Of a stretch of DNA of 64,000 bases, positions 51,698-63,956 are shown piece after piece (position 1 is the stretch's first letter; each line of letters opens with the position of its first letter). The notes below the pieces were generated by a model, which ran no database searches, was not told the origin of the DNA, and was given only the letters and a program-made list of their open reading frames with translations. The stretch comes from Eledone cirrhosa (Eukaryota), in the NCBI GenBank assembly GCA_964016885.1, contig OZ024746.1, positions 26,288,001-26,352,000 of the forward strand. The letters run 5' to 3'. The translations under genes and the position numbers were made by a program.

Positions 51698-52472
51698 ACA
51701 CACACAAAACAGGCCTGGATGTACATGTGTTAGCAGTGCATGTAGATACTATCATGTGGGATTAAGTGACAGTAGAACAAATTTTTTTTATAGTATATGA
51801 GAAGGGTGAAAATTTGCTGGAGAATACATGCGATGTTAAATAACAGTGGTGAAATTAGTGATACAAAAGGAGGTGATGAAATCAATTGTGGTGATGTGCA
51901 TGGTGTTGGTGGTTTGTGTGTGGCTCGAGTGTATGCAGTATGTGTTGGTGTGGTTGAGAGTGATGGATACATGGTAATATGCTTAGTGGTGGGGGATATG
52001 ATAAAGGATGCAATATAATATTAACAATAAAAATAAAATTATCAAGGATAACAGTGATAATGAATGTAATAATAGTAAAGGAGACAATGTTAAAATTGAT
52101 GAGATATGAATAGTGGCAGTTATTCTGATGTTGTCTTTAAGTGGTTATGTTTTGTCTGTGGTTCCTGCCTGAATACCAAGGCAGAGAATGTATGCTTCGT
52201 GGTGTGTCTGCAGTTTATTAGAATTTCTGATTTCAAATTAATGGCTGATTTTAATTTAATGATCTCGGCCGATTCAGCCAGGCACAACCTGCAGTGGTTT
52301 ACCCCCAGTGGAAAATTGATATTTTAGGTCCTTATCCTTGAGGTCCCAGATCAAATCTGCCAGTCTGGTTTGGGAGCGTTTAAGCCATGCCATATGCATA
52401 CAAATTCAGAAAAATATATTTTGTGGAAGTGAAAAATGTTGAAAAAGTTTAGTCTGAATTTCTGAGATGAGA

Positions 52473-52584
52473 AATTATCATTATTATACACTGATATATT
52501 TAAACTAGTGTCCTCATCTTGGTTGTTATAGTCACAATATTTCAGCTGTTGTACCCTCTAGCCATCTTTAGAGGAATTAATATA
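52473..52584 (-). repeat. ~102-bp hammerhead-like tandem unit 1 (array continues at 56380-56486 and 56681-56767)
   Basis: Minus strand: CTAAAGA-t-ggct...agct-GAAA-tatt-gtg; the same unit resumes immediately after the mariner element. Confidence 0.7.
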
Positions 52585-52705
52585 CAGGGTGAGGAATAGG
52601 TTTGGAAGTAAATAAAAATGCATTTGATAACAAAACTACTAACTTTATTGACCAGCAACATATATGTAATTATACATAAATATCTTTAGAATGTAATGTA
52701 TAGAG

Positions 52706-55262
52706 CGGTGGGTCATATGGAAATTCTGGGTGGCCATATGATATTAATGAAGCATTTGAAACAATAAGGTGTATTCTTAATTTAGGAAGAAAGTTTGCTG
52801 ATCTGCGTGAAAAATGTGATTTTGAGACGTGATTTTTGCCTGCATGCATGTGAGTGCCAAAAAACTTGCTGATGTACGAGAGTATGCACGCTTTCTGTCT
52901 GCATATCCAGCCACAATGCAGGACCTTGACCATAATGTCGGGAAAATTTCCGGCCAATATGTAACGTCAACCTGTGGCTGCACTGCATGAATATCAATTG
53001 GCTTGCTTAGATGACTGCTATTGTGTCATTATTAATGCATCCCATTTCACACATATAACGATTGTCCATACAGTGGAGACATTTAACATTTCATTGCTGA
53101 CAAATATCTTACTTATGGCATCAAATAAGAAGAAAGTACGGCAATATAGCGATGATTATTTGAAATTCAGTTTCATTGAGGCACCTCATGATTCTCGATT
53201 GCCTATGTGTCTTCTCTGTCATCAAACATGGAGCAATGACTCCATGAGGCTCGGGCAACTCTTACAACACTTCAATGTGAAGCATGGAGACAAGTCATCA
53301 AAGCTGCTTTCATACTTTCAAGATCTTCAAAAGAAAGTTTGTTGCCTGTCTACACTATCTCAATGTTTTTCTAAAATAGCTGAAAAACAGGATAAATCAT
53401 TAATAGTGAGCTACGAACTTTCAAAATTGATTGCCAAGTGTGGAAAACCCCATATGATAGGTGAGCCAGCCATTTCTGTGTTTTTACAAACTGTTATGAA
53501 TCACATAGACGACTCAGTGGTCCAGCTTATGCCACTCAGTACAGTGACAAAATGATGAGATATCCATTGATGTGGAACAGCAGCTTCACAGATATATTCG
53601 AGAAAGAACTTTTTCACTTTAGCTCGATGAGTCAACCTTTTGTGGAAGCCGGTATGTACTTCTGGCATATGTCAGATTCCAAGACGATGATGCTTTTCTC
53701 CTGCTTTTGGAACTACAATGACAGCTTCCAATATATACCACCTTGTGATGTCGCACTTATTAGAAAACAAGATTCCTATTACATCCGTTACATCATGTGC
53801 AACAGACGGCACACCCGCAATAATGGGGAGACAATGGATTCCTTAAGCGACTTAAAGATGATAACCCATCAATTTTGACAGTACACTGCATCCTTCATCG
53901 GGAAAACTTGGCTTCCAGATGTCTTTCACCAGAATTACAGGCAGTAGTCCATGCTGTTGTGTCGTACGTAAATTTAATCAACGCGAATCCCAAGACTGAT
54001 CGTCTTTTTCAGAAATACAGCAAGGACATCAACAAACAACATGTCAGTCTTATCCTACATACTGACATCAGATGGTTGTCAAAAGGAAATTGTTTGGCCC
54101 GCTTTTTCGAATTATTCGATGAAGTTATGAAGTTTTTACCTGAGAGTTCCCACACGAATATCCTTCAAAAAGTTGATGGAAAATTATTGTTCGCTTATTT
54201 GGCTGACATTTTCCAAAAGCTCAATTTATTTAACAAGGAATTGCAGGGGGACAAGGTGACTATGATCGTGGCAAAAACCAAAATATTAGCCTTTATCAAT
54301 AAGGTAAATCTCTTTTATTTGAACCTTCTTGTGGGTCGCTATGAAAACTTCCCACATCTATCTGCGGACCAGTTCCATCAGAGGTATCGAGTATCTTTTG
54401 CACTCATTTGTTTGCTTTGGAGAAGGAGTTCAACTCTAGATTCCATGGCCTCCGTCAAATGTATTTCCCTGAATGGCTTTCGCAACTGTTTCTCACACAT
54501 CTTTCTGATGTTGATCCATGCCTTCAGGATGAACTAGCTGAGTTAAAAAACGATGATTTTGCTCAAAATCTTTACAAACACAAAGCAACCATGATGTGGC
54601 TTGATAATCATTTGAGCAACCAGTATCCTATTTTGTGCACAACAACTGTAAAGTTCTTTCTTCCCTTTCCAACTTCATACTTGGTTAAGAGTGGTTTCAG
54701 CAAAGCCAACGATGTCTTAACGAAAAATAGAAATTTAAAATCACGGAGATTTGCGTATGCGGTTAACAAAACTAAATCTGGATATAGCCAAGTTTGCATC
54801 CAGGCAACAAAGTCAACCGTTGCATTAAGTTTGATGACGATTGGACTCGTTCATCACTTTAATTTTACAATTCAATTGATATGTTTTGATGTTCTCTTCA
54901 ACTATATAAAAGCCAGTGCATATTCTGTACAAGTGCATTTGTCTATTTTACATACTTTACTACTCCATACCAGTCTTTTCTTATAGCTGGTTTCTTAGGG
55001 AAGTGCGTATAAGACTTTAAATGTAAAAAAACCAGCATTTTGATCCCAATTACAATCTGTTTACCACAATTACGCAGTGTTTAACATATTTTCTGTACAT
55101 TTACAAAAAAATAACCAAATAAATCTTTTTGTATTCATTTGTAACATCCGTTGTCATGCTATCTTTTTTTAAATATGTTTGTCTACTTACATAAATATCA
55201 GTAATATAATGTGGGAGGGGGGCATTTGAAAAATCAGGACGCCTTGGAGTTGAGAAACTAGG
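52706..55262 (+). mobile_element. hAT (Buster/Charlie-type) transposon
   Basis: Flanked by 8-bp gtaTAgag / gtgTAgag (nnnTAnnn Buster-type TSD); right end gttgagaaac; left TIR is degenerate. Confidence 0.75.
53115..54828 (+). pseudogene. Buster-type hAT transposase (ZBED5/ZBED8/SCAND3-like), frameshifted
   Basis: RQYSDDYLKF, BED finger CLLC...H...H, HCILHRENLA, IRWLSKGNCLARF, LPFPTSYLV.SGFS, terminal QSQPLH*; split across four frames. Confidence 0.92.
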
Positions 55263-55271
55263 GTGTAGAGT

Positions 55272-56240
55272 TTATTCAAAATGACCCCCACGTGCAGCAA
55301 TAACAAACTATAACCTCTGTTGAAGCATGCAACATTTCTTGGGGAACTTCTTCCCAAGCACTCAGTAATCATCGACTTATTTATAGACTTTTGAACAACC
55401 GTTTTCTTCAAGGATAGACCATACTGAAAAATCCATAGAGTTCAAATCAGGTGAACAAGGAGGCCACATTTCTTTTGACCAGAACCTCGGAAGATGGTTT
55501 CTGCACCAAGCTTGTGTGACATTTACTGTAATGGGAGGTGGCTCTTTCATGTTGGAAGGTCCACAGATAATCCTTGCCACAACGATTGGTTGCAGAAGCT
55601 AGTATAGGCTCCAGAATGTAAGATTTGGAGCTGATTTTTGTCCTTTCTTCCACAAAAATGAGAGGAGATTGCGAAGATGATGAAACAGTCTCCCCCGCCT
55701 TCCATCCCAGACCATAACAGAAGGTGGTTTCATTGTATGGAATACAGATTTTTGATCAACACTGATTTCTGATGATTTTTTTCCAATGACTCGATCATTT
55801 CTTTGATTGTGTGTCTGCTTAACAGTGAAAAATCTGACCAGAAAATTTCTCCCACCATGCCACATTTCATTTCTTTAAGCAAATTCTTGCTTCAATCAAC
55901 CTTTTTTGTTTTGTCTTTTCTGAAGGGTGAAGGAAGACATTCTCAAGCCATCATTGATATATCTCATTGTCCTAGAGCTTACCCAGACCTCTTTTGCCAT
56001 TTTTCTCATGGACCCTTTTGGATTTCTTTTTAACCTTTCTTGAACAGCTTTAGTGAGAGTAGGATTCCTTTTAGTTCATGGTCTTCCACTCCTGGGTTTA
56101 TCCAACAAATCTCCTTGTTCTTTAAAATGCTTCACAGCTTTCTGAACGGTAGATCTTGCAACCAAAAGTAACCTTACAATATCCAAATCTGACCTCCCTG
56201 TGTGATGAAGTTTGAGTATCATTTCTCTATTGGATGACAT
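55272..56240 (-). pseudogene. Tc1/mariner transposase, frameshifted
   Basis: HTH ...DKPRSGRP, HNQRNDRV, PSVMVW, FWSKEMWPPCSPDLNSMDFSVWSIL, terminal VIAARGGHFE*. Confidence 0.92.
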
Positions 56241-56494
56241 TTTCAAATTCTTTAAGAAATTCAATATGTTTAAATAGACTAATGTTTTAAATCGAAAATA
56301 AAAGAAGATTAATGATATACTTACAACACTTTTAGAAATCAAATTTCAAAAATTTGCCCTGAACTTATGCTCCATCCTGTACACTGATATAGTCAGACTA
56401 GTGTTCTTCTCTTGGTTGTTATAGTGAAAACATTTCAGCTGTTGTACCTACTGGCCATCTTTAGAGGAATTATCATTATTATACACATAATTAA

Positions 56495-56682
56495 GACAGT
56501 GGATTGGCAGTATCAGTAGAGCGTTGAACAATATGCTTTGCGGTATATACTTATGTCCTTTTACGTTCTGAATTAGCTTTATCTTTCATCCTCACAGGGT
56601 CGATAAAATGAGACACCAGTAATGCACTGGCGTCGATTTAACCCTCCAATATTTTTGGCTTTGTGCCTAAAATAGAAACAAT
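56495..56682 (+). mobile_element. Nin-like SINE inserted in the third hammerhead-like tandem unit
   Basis: gtggattggcagtatcagtagagc...ctttcatcc..gggtcgataaaatg...ttgtgcctaaaatagaaacaa. Confidence 0.8.
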
Positions 56683-57023
56683 TATTATACCCTGATATAA
56701 TCAGACTAATGTCCTCATCTTGATTGCTATAGCCTGTTGTACCTTCTGGTCTTCTTCAAGTGCCTGCTATATTTGGTAATCTCAGAACAATTGCATAGTG
56801 AATACAACTGTTTGTTAAGCATTCTTGTCTACCAGCTAGTCATGAGTTCAATCCCTACGTTAGTGTATCTCTATATACTCTAGTTTAAGTGATAGAAGCA
56901 AGCAACATCACAAGTAATGAATAACCAATATTAGAATATCTCAGACAATGAACAGCAGAATGAGAACAATCTATCTTTGTAAACGGTTTGGTTTGAAATC
57001 TCTAGAACATTATTAAATGCACC

Positions 57024-57079
57024 AGGCACCTGAAGAAGGTAGAGTGTGTACTATACTCTCCAGCCTTCTTCAGGTGCCT
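57024..57079. repeat. Hairpin made of two opposed hammerhead 5' halves
   Basis: aggcacctgaagaagg ... ccttcttcaggtgcct perfect 16-bp arms. Confidence 0.8.
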
Positions 57080-57909
57080 CGTGTAATTTCTTTTTGTCTG
57101 TGTTGATGTCCCTGAACTTAGTAGTTCGATAAAAAGGAAATCTATAGAATAAAAACTATTCTTGAAAAGTACTAAAGTACTAAAGTCGATATGATCGACT
57201 AAAATTCCTTTAAGATAATGAATCAATATGGCCTCGTTCTAATGTCAACCAAAAAATTAAAAGAAAAGAAAAAAAAAGTTGTTTTTTTTCAAGGGACATA
57301 ACTCTATTATATTTTTATAACTATTATATATTTATACACAAGGGACATAACTCTAAATATTGAGTTATCAGCCACCGATAAATTGATGAATTTTATATTT
57401 ATTTTATTATTTCATATTTCTAAAGTGTGTTCTTTTATTTCTTCTGAAAGCTATAATTAAGTAATAAACGATCAGTTGATGATGTATATAAAATAGCGAG
57501 AGCTTTTTTCGACAATTTATAGATGTAAATAAATCATTATGTTGGGATGTATACTGAAGATACATTAGGTGGCGTTGAATTTTTTTTAGAACATGTACAC
57601 TCATTGGCGATATCCTTCTAAATGAAATATATATGGGAGGTCAAACCTTTGTAGTACGGTAAGTACACGCCAGTCGACTCGAGTACATATCATTTCCTTC
57701 AAGAAGTTTATCTTCGGGGGAGGATGTCAACTTTCACCACACCATCATGTTTTTCTAAATCATCCTCTCTCAAGGTTTCTCTCAACTCTGAGTACCTTGT
57801 TCTTCATTTCCATATTAGCGCAGTGTTCTCTCTTGTGCATTGCATCTAATCCCTCTTATGCTCGCTACATTCATGCTTCACCGTTTACATACACTACTAA
57901 TAATAATAA

Positions 57910-58090
57910 TTGTTTCTACTTTTGGCACAAGGCCAGCAATTACCCAGTGCATTACTGGTACTTTATTTTATCGACCCCGTAAGGATGAAAGGCAAAGTCA
58001 ACCTCGGCGGGATTTGAACTCAGATCGTAAAGGGACGTAACTATGCTGGAAAGCATGGCGTCCGACCCTCCACCGATACTGCCAATTCAC
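57910..58090 (-). mobile_element. Young Nin-like SINE
   Basis: Nearly identical to 50634-50818; (TAA)n at the tail. Confidence 0.9.
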
Positions 58091-59003
58091 AATAATAATG
58101 AATAAAATTATTGTGAACAGTGCTCGGGTGCACTACAATTCATCAAAGGTGCATGTATAGTACATAGAATAATGTACAAATGTCAGGAAAATGAAAGTGT
58201 ATGAGTCATGAATTACATGTTTTTCTAAATTAATACACGTGCATCGAAGCAAGCTTGCCTCATTTCTTTATAATTTTTACAAATCATCTGCACACAAGGT
58301 TCACGTTTCACTTTCCTGCAACATTGCCGTTTGCCTTTACCTATGTATCTTTATATTTAGTTAATTGTTGTTGTTGTTTAGCCCCAGGTCATCCCCGATC
58401 CAGCAAGTCAGCACTGACTAAAGGTGTCATTTGTTGTTGGTGTTTTATTTTTTCGAGCATTGTCCACCCTGGAGTTTGTTATCGAATGTGCCATTTCCTT
58501 TTAAAAATTTAACTGTTATTTATAGTAATTTGGTGTGAAGAAAAGTGCTGAAGCTAGTGGCTGACCGCAATGGGGGACAGATGCGTAGCAAATATGTGCG
58601 AGATGGAGCAGTCCCAGGCACTGAAAGCACTTGCTATGCCTCTGGATAAGGCAGTCCTTATCCAAAGCAATGTAAGTCATTGCTACACAATTGGGTGCAA
58701 CAGTTCCTCTTGCGATTACTGAGAGCCTTTGATACACTCTTGAGTGGAGAACTCACTCGCCTGGGCACAGTGTCATATTGCTTTTCTTTCAATTTTCTTT
58801 CACACTCTAATTCCGTTTAGCTCCACATTCATCATGGCATTTCAATGTTCTCATTTATAAAATCACGTTTTTCTTTCCTATCAAAAACAATCCTTTTGTG
58901 CTTGCCCACATCTCCACATTTCTTTACTGAAACATTCTTCAATGAAAGCAACAACAAACAATATCTATATATTTTTATTTCTTTATCTAACTATATGTTT
59001 AAT

Positions 59004-59004
<1 letters not shown>

Positions 59005-59074
<70 letters not shown>

Positions 59075-59075
59075 T

Positions 59076-59155
<80 letters not shown>

Positions 59156-59315
59156 TCTCTCTTCTCTCTCTCCTTCTCCCCCACTCTCCCTCTCTCTCTG
59201 CTCTCTCCCTCACTGTTGCTTCTCTCACCCACTCCTTCTCCTCTCTCTCCTCCACCTCTCTCCTTCTCTCTCCTATTTCTCCATCCCTCCCTCCTCCTCT
59301 CCTTCCCCCTCTCTA
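59005..59315. repeat. (CT)n microsatellite / polypyrimidine tract
   Basis: Direct observation. Confidence 0.95.
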
Positions 59316-59553
59316 CATTTCTTATGTACCCAAGATTTACATTGTGTACATCATATAGAATTTATGCCTACTCCTTTGTCCTGGTGCTACAATAAAATGC
59401 ACTTGGTAGCATGCAGGACCCCAGTCTATCAGAGTACTCAGTAGAATGTGGGAACATATGTGAGCAAAATGCAGATCCCCAGCCCATATATAAATATATA
59501 TGGGTTCGGATCTAGCTGTCGAAACGGCCAAAGCTCACGTCGAGGTCCTGAAT

Positions 59554-59604
<51 letters not shown>

Positions 59605-60283
59605 ATACAGAAGGTTATTTGCCACTGATATACATACCTGAAGAGTACTCCATACCCTGTGTTTGGCAAATTTTCTATGATCGCATGCCCTTCCCATCAT
59701 CAACCCCTTTACAGAGCATACTGCATTTATCATATAGATCTCCAATGCTAGATAGGTTGTTGGGCCATTAAAACAACTCAAGAGTCTTCTCCATCCTTTT
59801 TTGTATGTTTTTTTACAGTAGGACGACCTTCCTAATGCCAACCAATTTATAGAGTATATTGGACACATATTTTGAGGCAGTTGTTCTTTAACTCAACTAC
59901 ATATATACATGTCCAAACTACACATACACCCACACACATACACTCTCATATACATATACTAAGACAGACACACATAGGCATACATTCACGCAGTCACACG
60001 CATAGCTTTTTACCTCATTTTTGGTCAGTTGCTACATGTGTGTAGATGTGTGTGTGTATTTAATCACCTAATGAACACACACACATACATATTCATATAA
60101 CAAATGTGACATCTGTGTGTTGTTTTCTATTGTTTTAATGCAAATGAAAATAAAAATTATCACACATACTCACACACACATACACTCACACAGACATACA
60201 CTCTCACATACACTCACAGACACATACTCACACACACTCTCGCATACACTCACATACATATACTAAGACAGACACACACAGAC

Positions 60284-62890
60284 GGGACCAGTGCCCTATT
60301 TTCCTTCCTACATACTAGAACTTTTGTCTTAGACAGGTTAATTTTAAGGCCTTTTGATTCTAGGCCATGCTTCCATGTTTGGAATTTCTTCTCTAGAGTT
60401 CAGCCATTGATTCAGCTATAAGCGTTAGATCATCAGCATATAGGAGTTCCCATGGGCAGCCGGTCTTGAACTCCTCTGTTATAGCCTGAAGGGCAATAAT
60501 AAATAGGAGGGGGCTAAGGTCGGAGCCCTGATGAACACCAACTTTTACGCTAAACTCTTCACTATATTCATTGTTAATTCTAACCTTGCTGACTGTTTCT
60601 TTATACATGGCTTGTATACCTCTCACAAGCCATTCATCAACACCTAGTTTTCTGAGAGCTCACCAGATAATGGAGCGGGGGACTCTGTCAAAGGCTTTCT
60701 CCAAGTCAACAAAAGCTAAGTATAGGGGTTTACTTTTAGCTAGGTACTTCTCCTGTAGTTTTCGTACAATAAAAAGAGCGTCTGTGGTACTTTTACCTGA
60801 CACAAACCCAAACTGCATTTCATCCAGATCAATTTGCTCTCTGATTAGTTGCGCTATTACTTTTTCTGTGACCTTCATGACCTGGTCAATTAATTTAATG
60901 CCTATATAGTTTCACCTATCTAGGGCATCTCCTTTACCCTTGTAGCAGTTAATGATGATGATGCTGCTACGCCAGTCCTTCGGTACGACCCCATTCTGTA
61001 TGACTTGGTTTACTATCCGGGTGACCATAGTGTGTCCCACGGTTCCAGATGCTTTCAGCATTTCAGCAACTATTTCCGAAGGCCCAGCCGCCTTACCCGT
61101 CTTCATATCTTTGATCACCTTACTTATTATACTACCTTCAACTTGCACTGCTGGTCCCTCTATTGGATCTATGTGGGGGGAGACTGTCTTTCACCCATTT
61201 ATTCTCCTCATTTAGTAGCCTTTCGTAGTGACACTTCCAAGCTACCTTCTAATCAGCGTCAGTGATGGCAAGTACACCATCATCATTTAGTACACACTTC
61301 TCCCCGACAATATCACGGATTCCTTGACACATTGCCTAGTAATCCTGAACACCTCACGTTTTTGGTCCTCGCGTTGTAGAACATGCTTGAACTTTCTTTC
61401 CTCTGCTTCCCTTCTTGTGAAGTACACTTGTCTCCTAGCTTCCCTCCTGGCCACTTGATAGTGTTCTCTACTTCCCCCATCCTGCCATACTTTCCAAGCC
61501 TGCTTTTTGGCCTTGATTGACTCCTCCACCTTACTTTTCCACCACCACATTACTCTTCTCCTGCTACAGGTCTGCTCCAGCCACAGACTTCATCTGTCGC
61601 CTTCAGCAAGTTAGCTTTTAGGAATTCCCAATGTTCTCCTATATTGTACGACTTTAATTGCTCTTCCTTAATGTCAAAAGCATCAAGTAATATGCTTTTA
61701 AATTCATTACTGGCTGTAGGGTCCTTTAGTTTCCATATTTTTCTCCTGAGGATAGTCCTCCTCTGTTGTCGAGTACGTCTTGTCCTGACTATGAGGTCGC
61801 TAACTATGAGTCTATGTTGGGAGGTGCATTCTTCATGGGGGAGGGATTTAGTGTTTACAACAGACACTCTATCACGTCTTCTGGTAAGGATATAATCTAT
61901 CTGACTGGCGTGTTCCCCTGATCTATAGGTGATCAAGTGATTGTCTCGTTTTTTTAAGTTAGTGTTACAGATAGTTAGGTTATTTGTGTCGCAGAATTCC
62001 AGGATTCTGGAGCCTTCCTCATTTCTAGTACCAAACCCATAGCCTCCATGGATTCCGTCATAGCCGTCACAATGTTGTCCAACGTGACCATTTAGGTCGC
62101 CAGCAATAATTATGTAGTCACTGTCGGTTATTTGGGAGGTAGTGAGCATTAATGACTCATAGAATCTGTCTTTTATAACGCCAGGCAGTCCGGATTGAGG
62201 TGCATACCCAGATATTATTGTCACAGTAGTTCTATTTAAGACAAGTCTTATTTTAATTATTCTGTCGTTCACTCTATTTACTTCTATTATCTTATCTGTC
62301 CAATTTTCAGCTAGCATGATTCCTACTCCACCCAGCCCATTGTTATTTCCCACCCAGGAAAGCTTACAGCATCGTTTTTTTACCCACAATGAATCTAGCA
62401 GACCCACCCCTCCACCTGGTCTCTTGGATACAGCAAACATCAACCTCCTTACGTTCAAGCATTTCTACAAACTCGTTAGAGCGACCTTTTAAGGTGCCTA
62501 CATTCATGGTACCAACTCTGAAGTTTTGGATTGCGTTTGGTGGGTGGGAATGGTGGGGCGCAGGGAGGGGTGAGGGAGATGGGGTTATGTTGGCCATCCG
62601 CGGCCGAAATAAAGAGGAGGAGTCCTTGCATTTTCATCCGGCAGCATGAGGTGGATATTGAAAGGCAACCAGGTCTAAACTTAAGAAGTGATAGCATAGG
62701 CTGCTGACTTGTGATTGGTCCAAGTGATAATGGTGGCAAGTGGGGGCGGGTGGGAGGGGCGTGGGGTAGTTAGCGAGAAGGTTTAAAGAAAATCCTCGAA
62801 TTTTGGGCATAATTGAACAAGCATATAACAGTAATAAGAGAAGAATTATGGGGTTTTAAAATACAAGAAGATTATTTTGAACAATCAGAC
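60284..62890 (-). mobile_element. RTE-clade LINE (AP endonuclease plus RT), frameshifted and 3'-truncated
   Basis: VGTMNVGTLKGR, CCIQETRW, GDLNGHVG, SQIDYIL, SQHRL, MQFGFVSGKSTTDA, FVDLEKAFDRVPR, GVHQGS.LSPLLF, LLYADDL. Confidence 0.95.
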
Positions 62891-62997
62891 AGAATTATAG
62901 AATAATATTGAAAAAAAGCAAAGATTGGATTCTACACGATGATACGGATAGGTGATAGTGTAGCAGTGAAAGGGAAGATAAAGAGAAGAGAAAAAAA

Positions 62998-63083
<86 letters not shown>

Positions 63084-63092
63084 ATATATATG

Positions 63093-63127
<35 letters not shown>

Positions 63128-63155
63128 GTATATATATATACATATATATATATAT
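62998..63155. repeat. (TA)n microsatellite
   Basis: Direct observation. Confidence 0.97.
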
Positions 63156-63599
63156 TCAAACGAACAAAGCGGGTGCTATAATAAGCGTCCGCTAAACTGA
63201 TACGTACATATATGTATGTGTACCTGTATGTATATATGTATATATATATATATATATATATGCATGCTACTGTACGTCTGTATACATATATGTATGTACG
63301 TATACATACATACTTACATATATATATATATATATAAATGAAAAGTATTGTGAGCAAGAAGCCAACATTATTCCATAATATATAAGTGTCTATAGCGTCA
63401 AAATGGAAAAAAAGTTAACGTAAGATGTGGGAAAATAATTCAAACCCAATTCAAAAAGAATCAGGATATAGATTCATCCACAGAATTTAGTGAAATCCAG
63501 GGAAAAATCAATAGAGCCTTAACTGAGAATAAAATAAAGTTTAAAATACTCATCCTTCAATTTGGAAAAACTACAAATGCTCTGTATAGTCTTAATATA

Positions 63600-63815
63600 T
63601 CATCATCATCATCATCATTTCATTTTACGTCCGCCTTTTCCCTGCTTGCAAGGGTGGGACGGGAACTGATTCTGGCTTGATTTCTACAGCTGGATGCCCT
63701 TCCAATCACCAACCTCATTTACAGTGAGTGCTGGGTGCTTTTTTACCGTGGCACCTCCACGTCCACTTTACAGTGTGGGCTGGGTGCTTTTTTGGTATGG
63801 CACCTCCACGACCAC
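63600..63815 (-). mobile_element. RTE-tail retroposon copy
   Basis: catcatcat...ttttacgtccg...tttctacagctggatgcccttcc...gctgggtgctttttt (twice). Confidence 0.8.
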
Positions 63816-63859
63816 TTTGTAGTGGAATGATATGGACCCCAGTCCCTATCATCTCATTT

Positions 63860-63955
63860 CTACAGCTGAGTAAAATGGAGCAGTGTGAAATAAAGTATCT
63901 TGCTCAAGGAAACAACACATCACCCGGTCTGAGAATTGAACTCACAACCCTTCAA
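63860..63955 (-). mobile_element. Meta/V-like SINE 5' fragment
   Basis: cagctgagtaaaatggagc...cttgctcaagga...gagaattgaactc. Confidence 0.6.
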
Positions 63956-63956
63956 T

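Larger units (their letters stand above)
50020..52310 (-). mobile_element. 5'-truncated Penelope-like element: ORF C-terminus, long 3' region, hammerhead and TA-rich end; interrupted by two short retroposons
   Basis: 52120-52310 minus reads PLGVNHCRLCLAESAEIIKLKSAINLKSEILINCRHTTKHTF...* (the CxLC..E..I...N.+.E...CRH tail of C-terminal GIY-YIG PLEs). A same-strand HHR and aataaa lie at 50050-50145. Continuity between these parts is inferred. Confidence 0.7.
52585..56379 (-). mobile_element. Tc1/mariner DNA transposon (DD37D/maT-like) with a nested hAT
   Basis: TA-cagggtgaggaatagg ... cttatgctccatcctg-TA diverged TIRs; transposase remnants inside. Confidence 0.8.

Noticed and set aside
52974-54986. 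Domesticated ZBED/SCAND3-type host gene
   Set aside because: Multiple frameshifts, with transposon ends and a TSD still present: a dead hAT copy.
57290-57356. Twice-repeated aagggacataactcta as a Helentron-type motif
   Set aside because: Only a 16-bp duplication; no termini or hairpin could be identified.
58516-58737. Cys/His-containing 73-aa ORF as a zinc-finger exon
   Set aside because: No recognisable spacing or splice sites; at most a decayed retroelement fragment.
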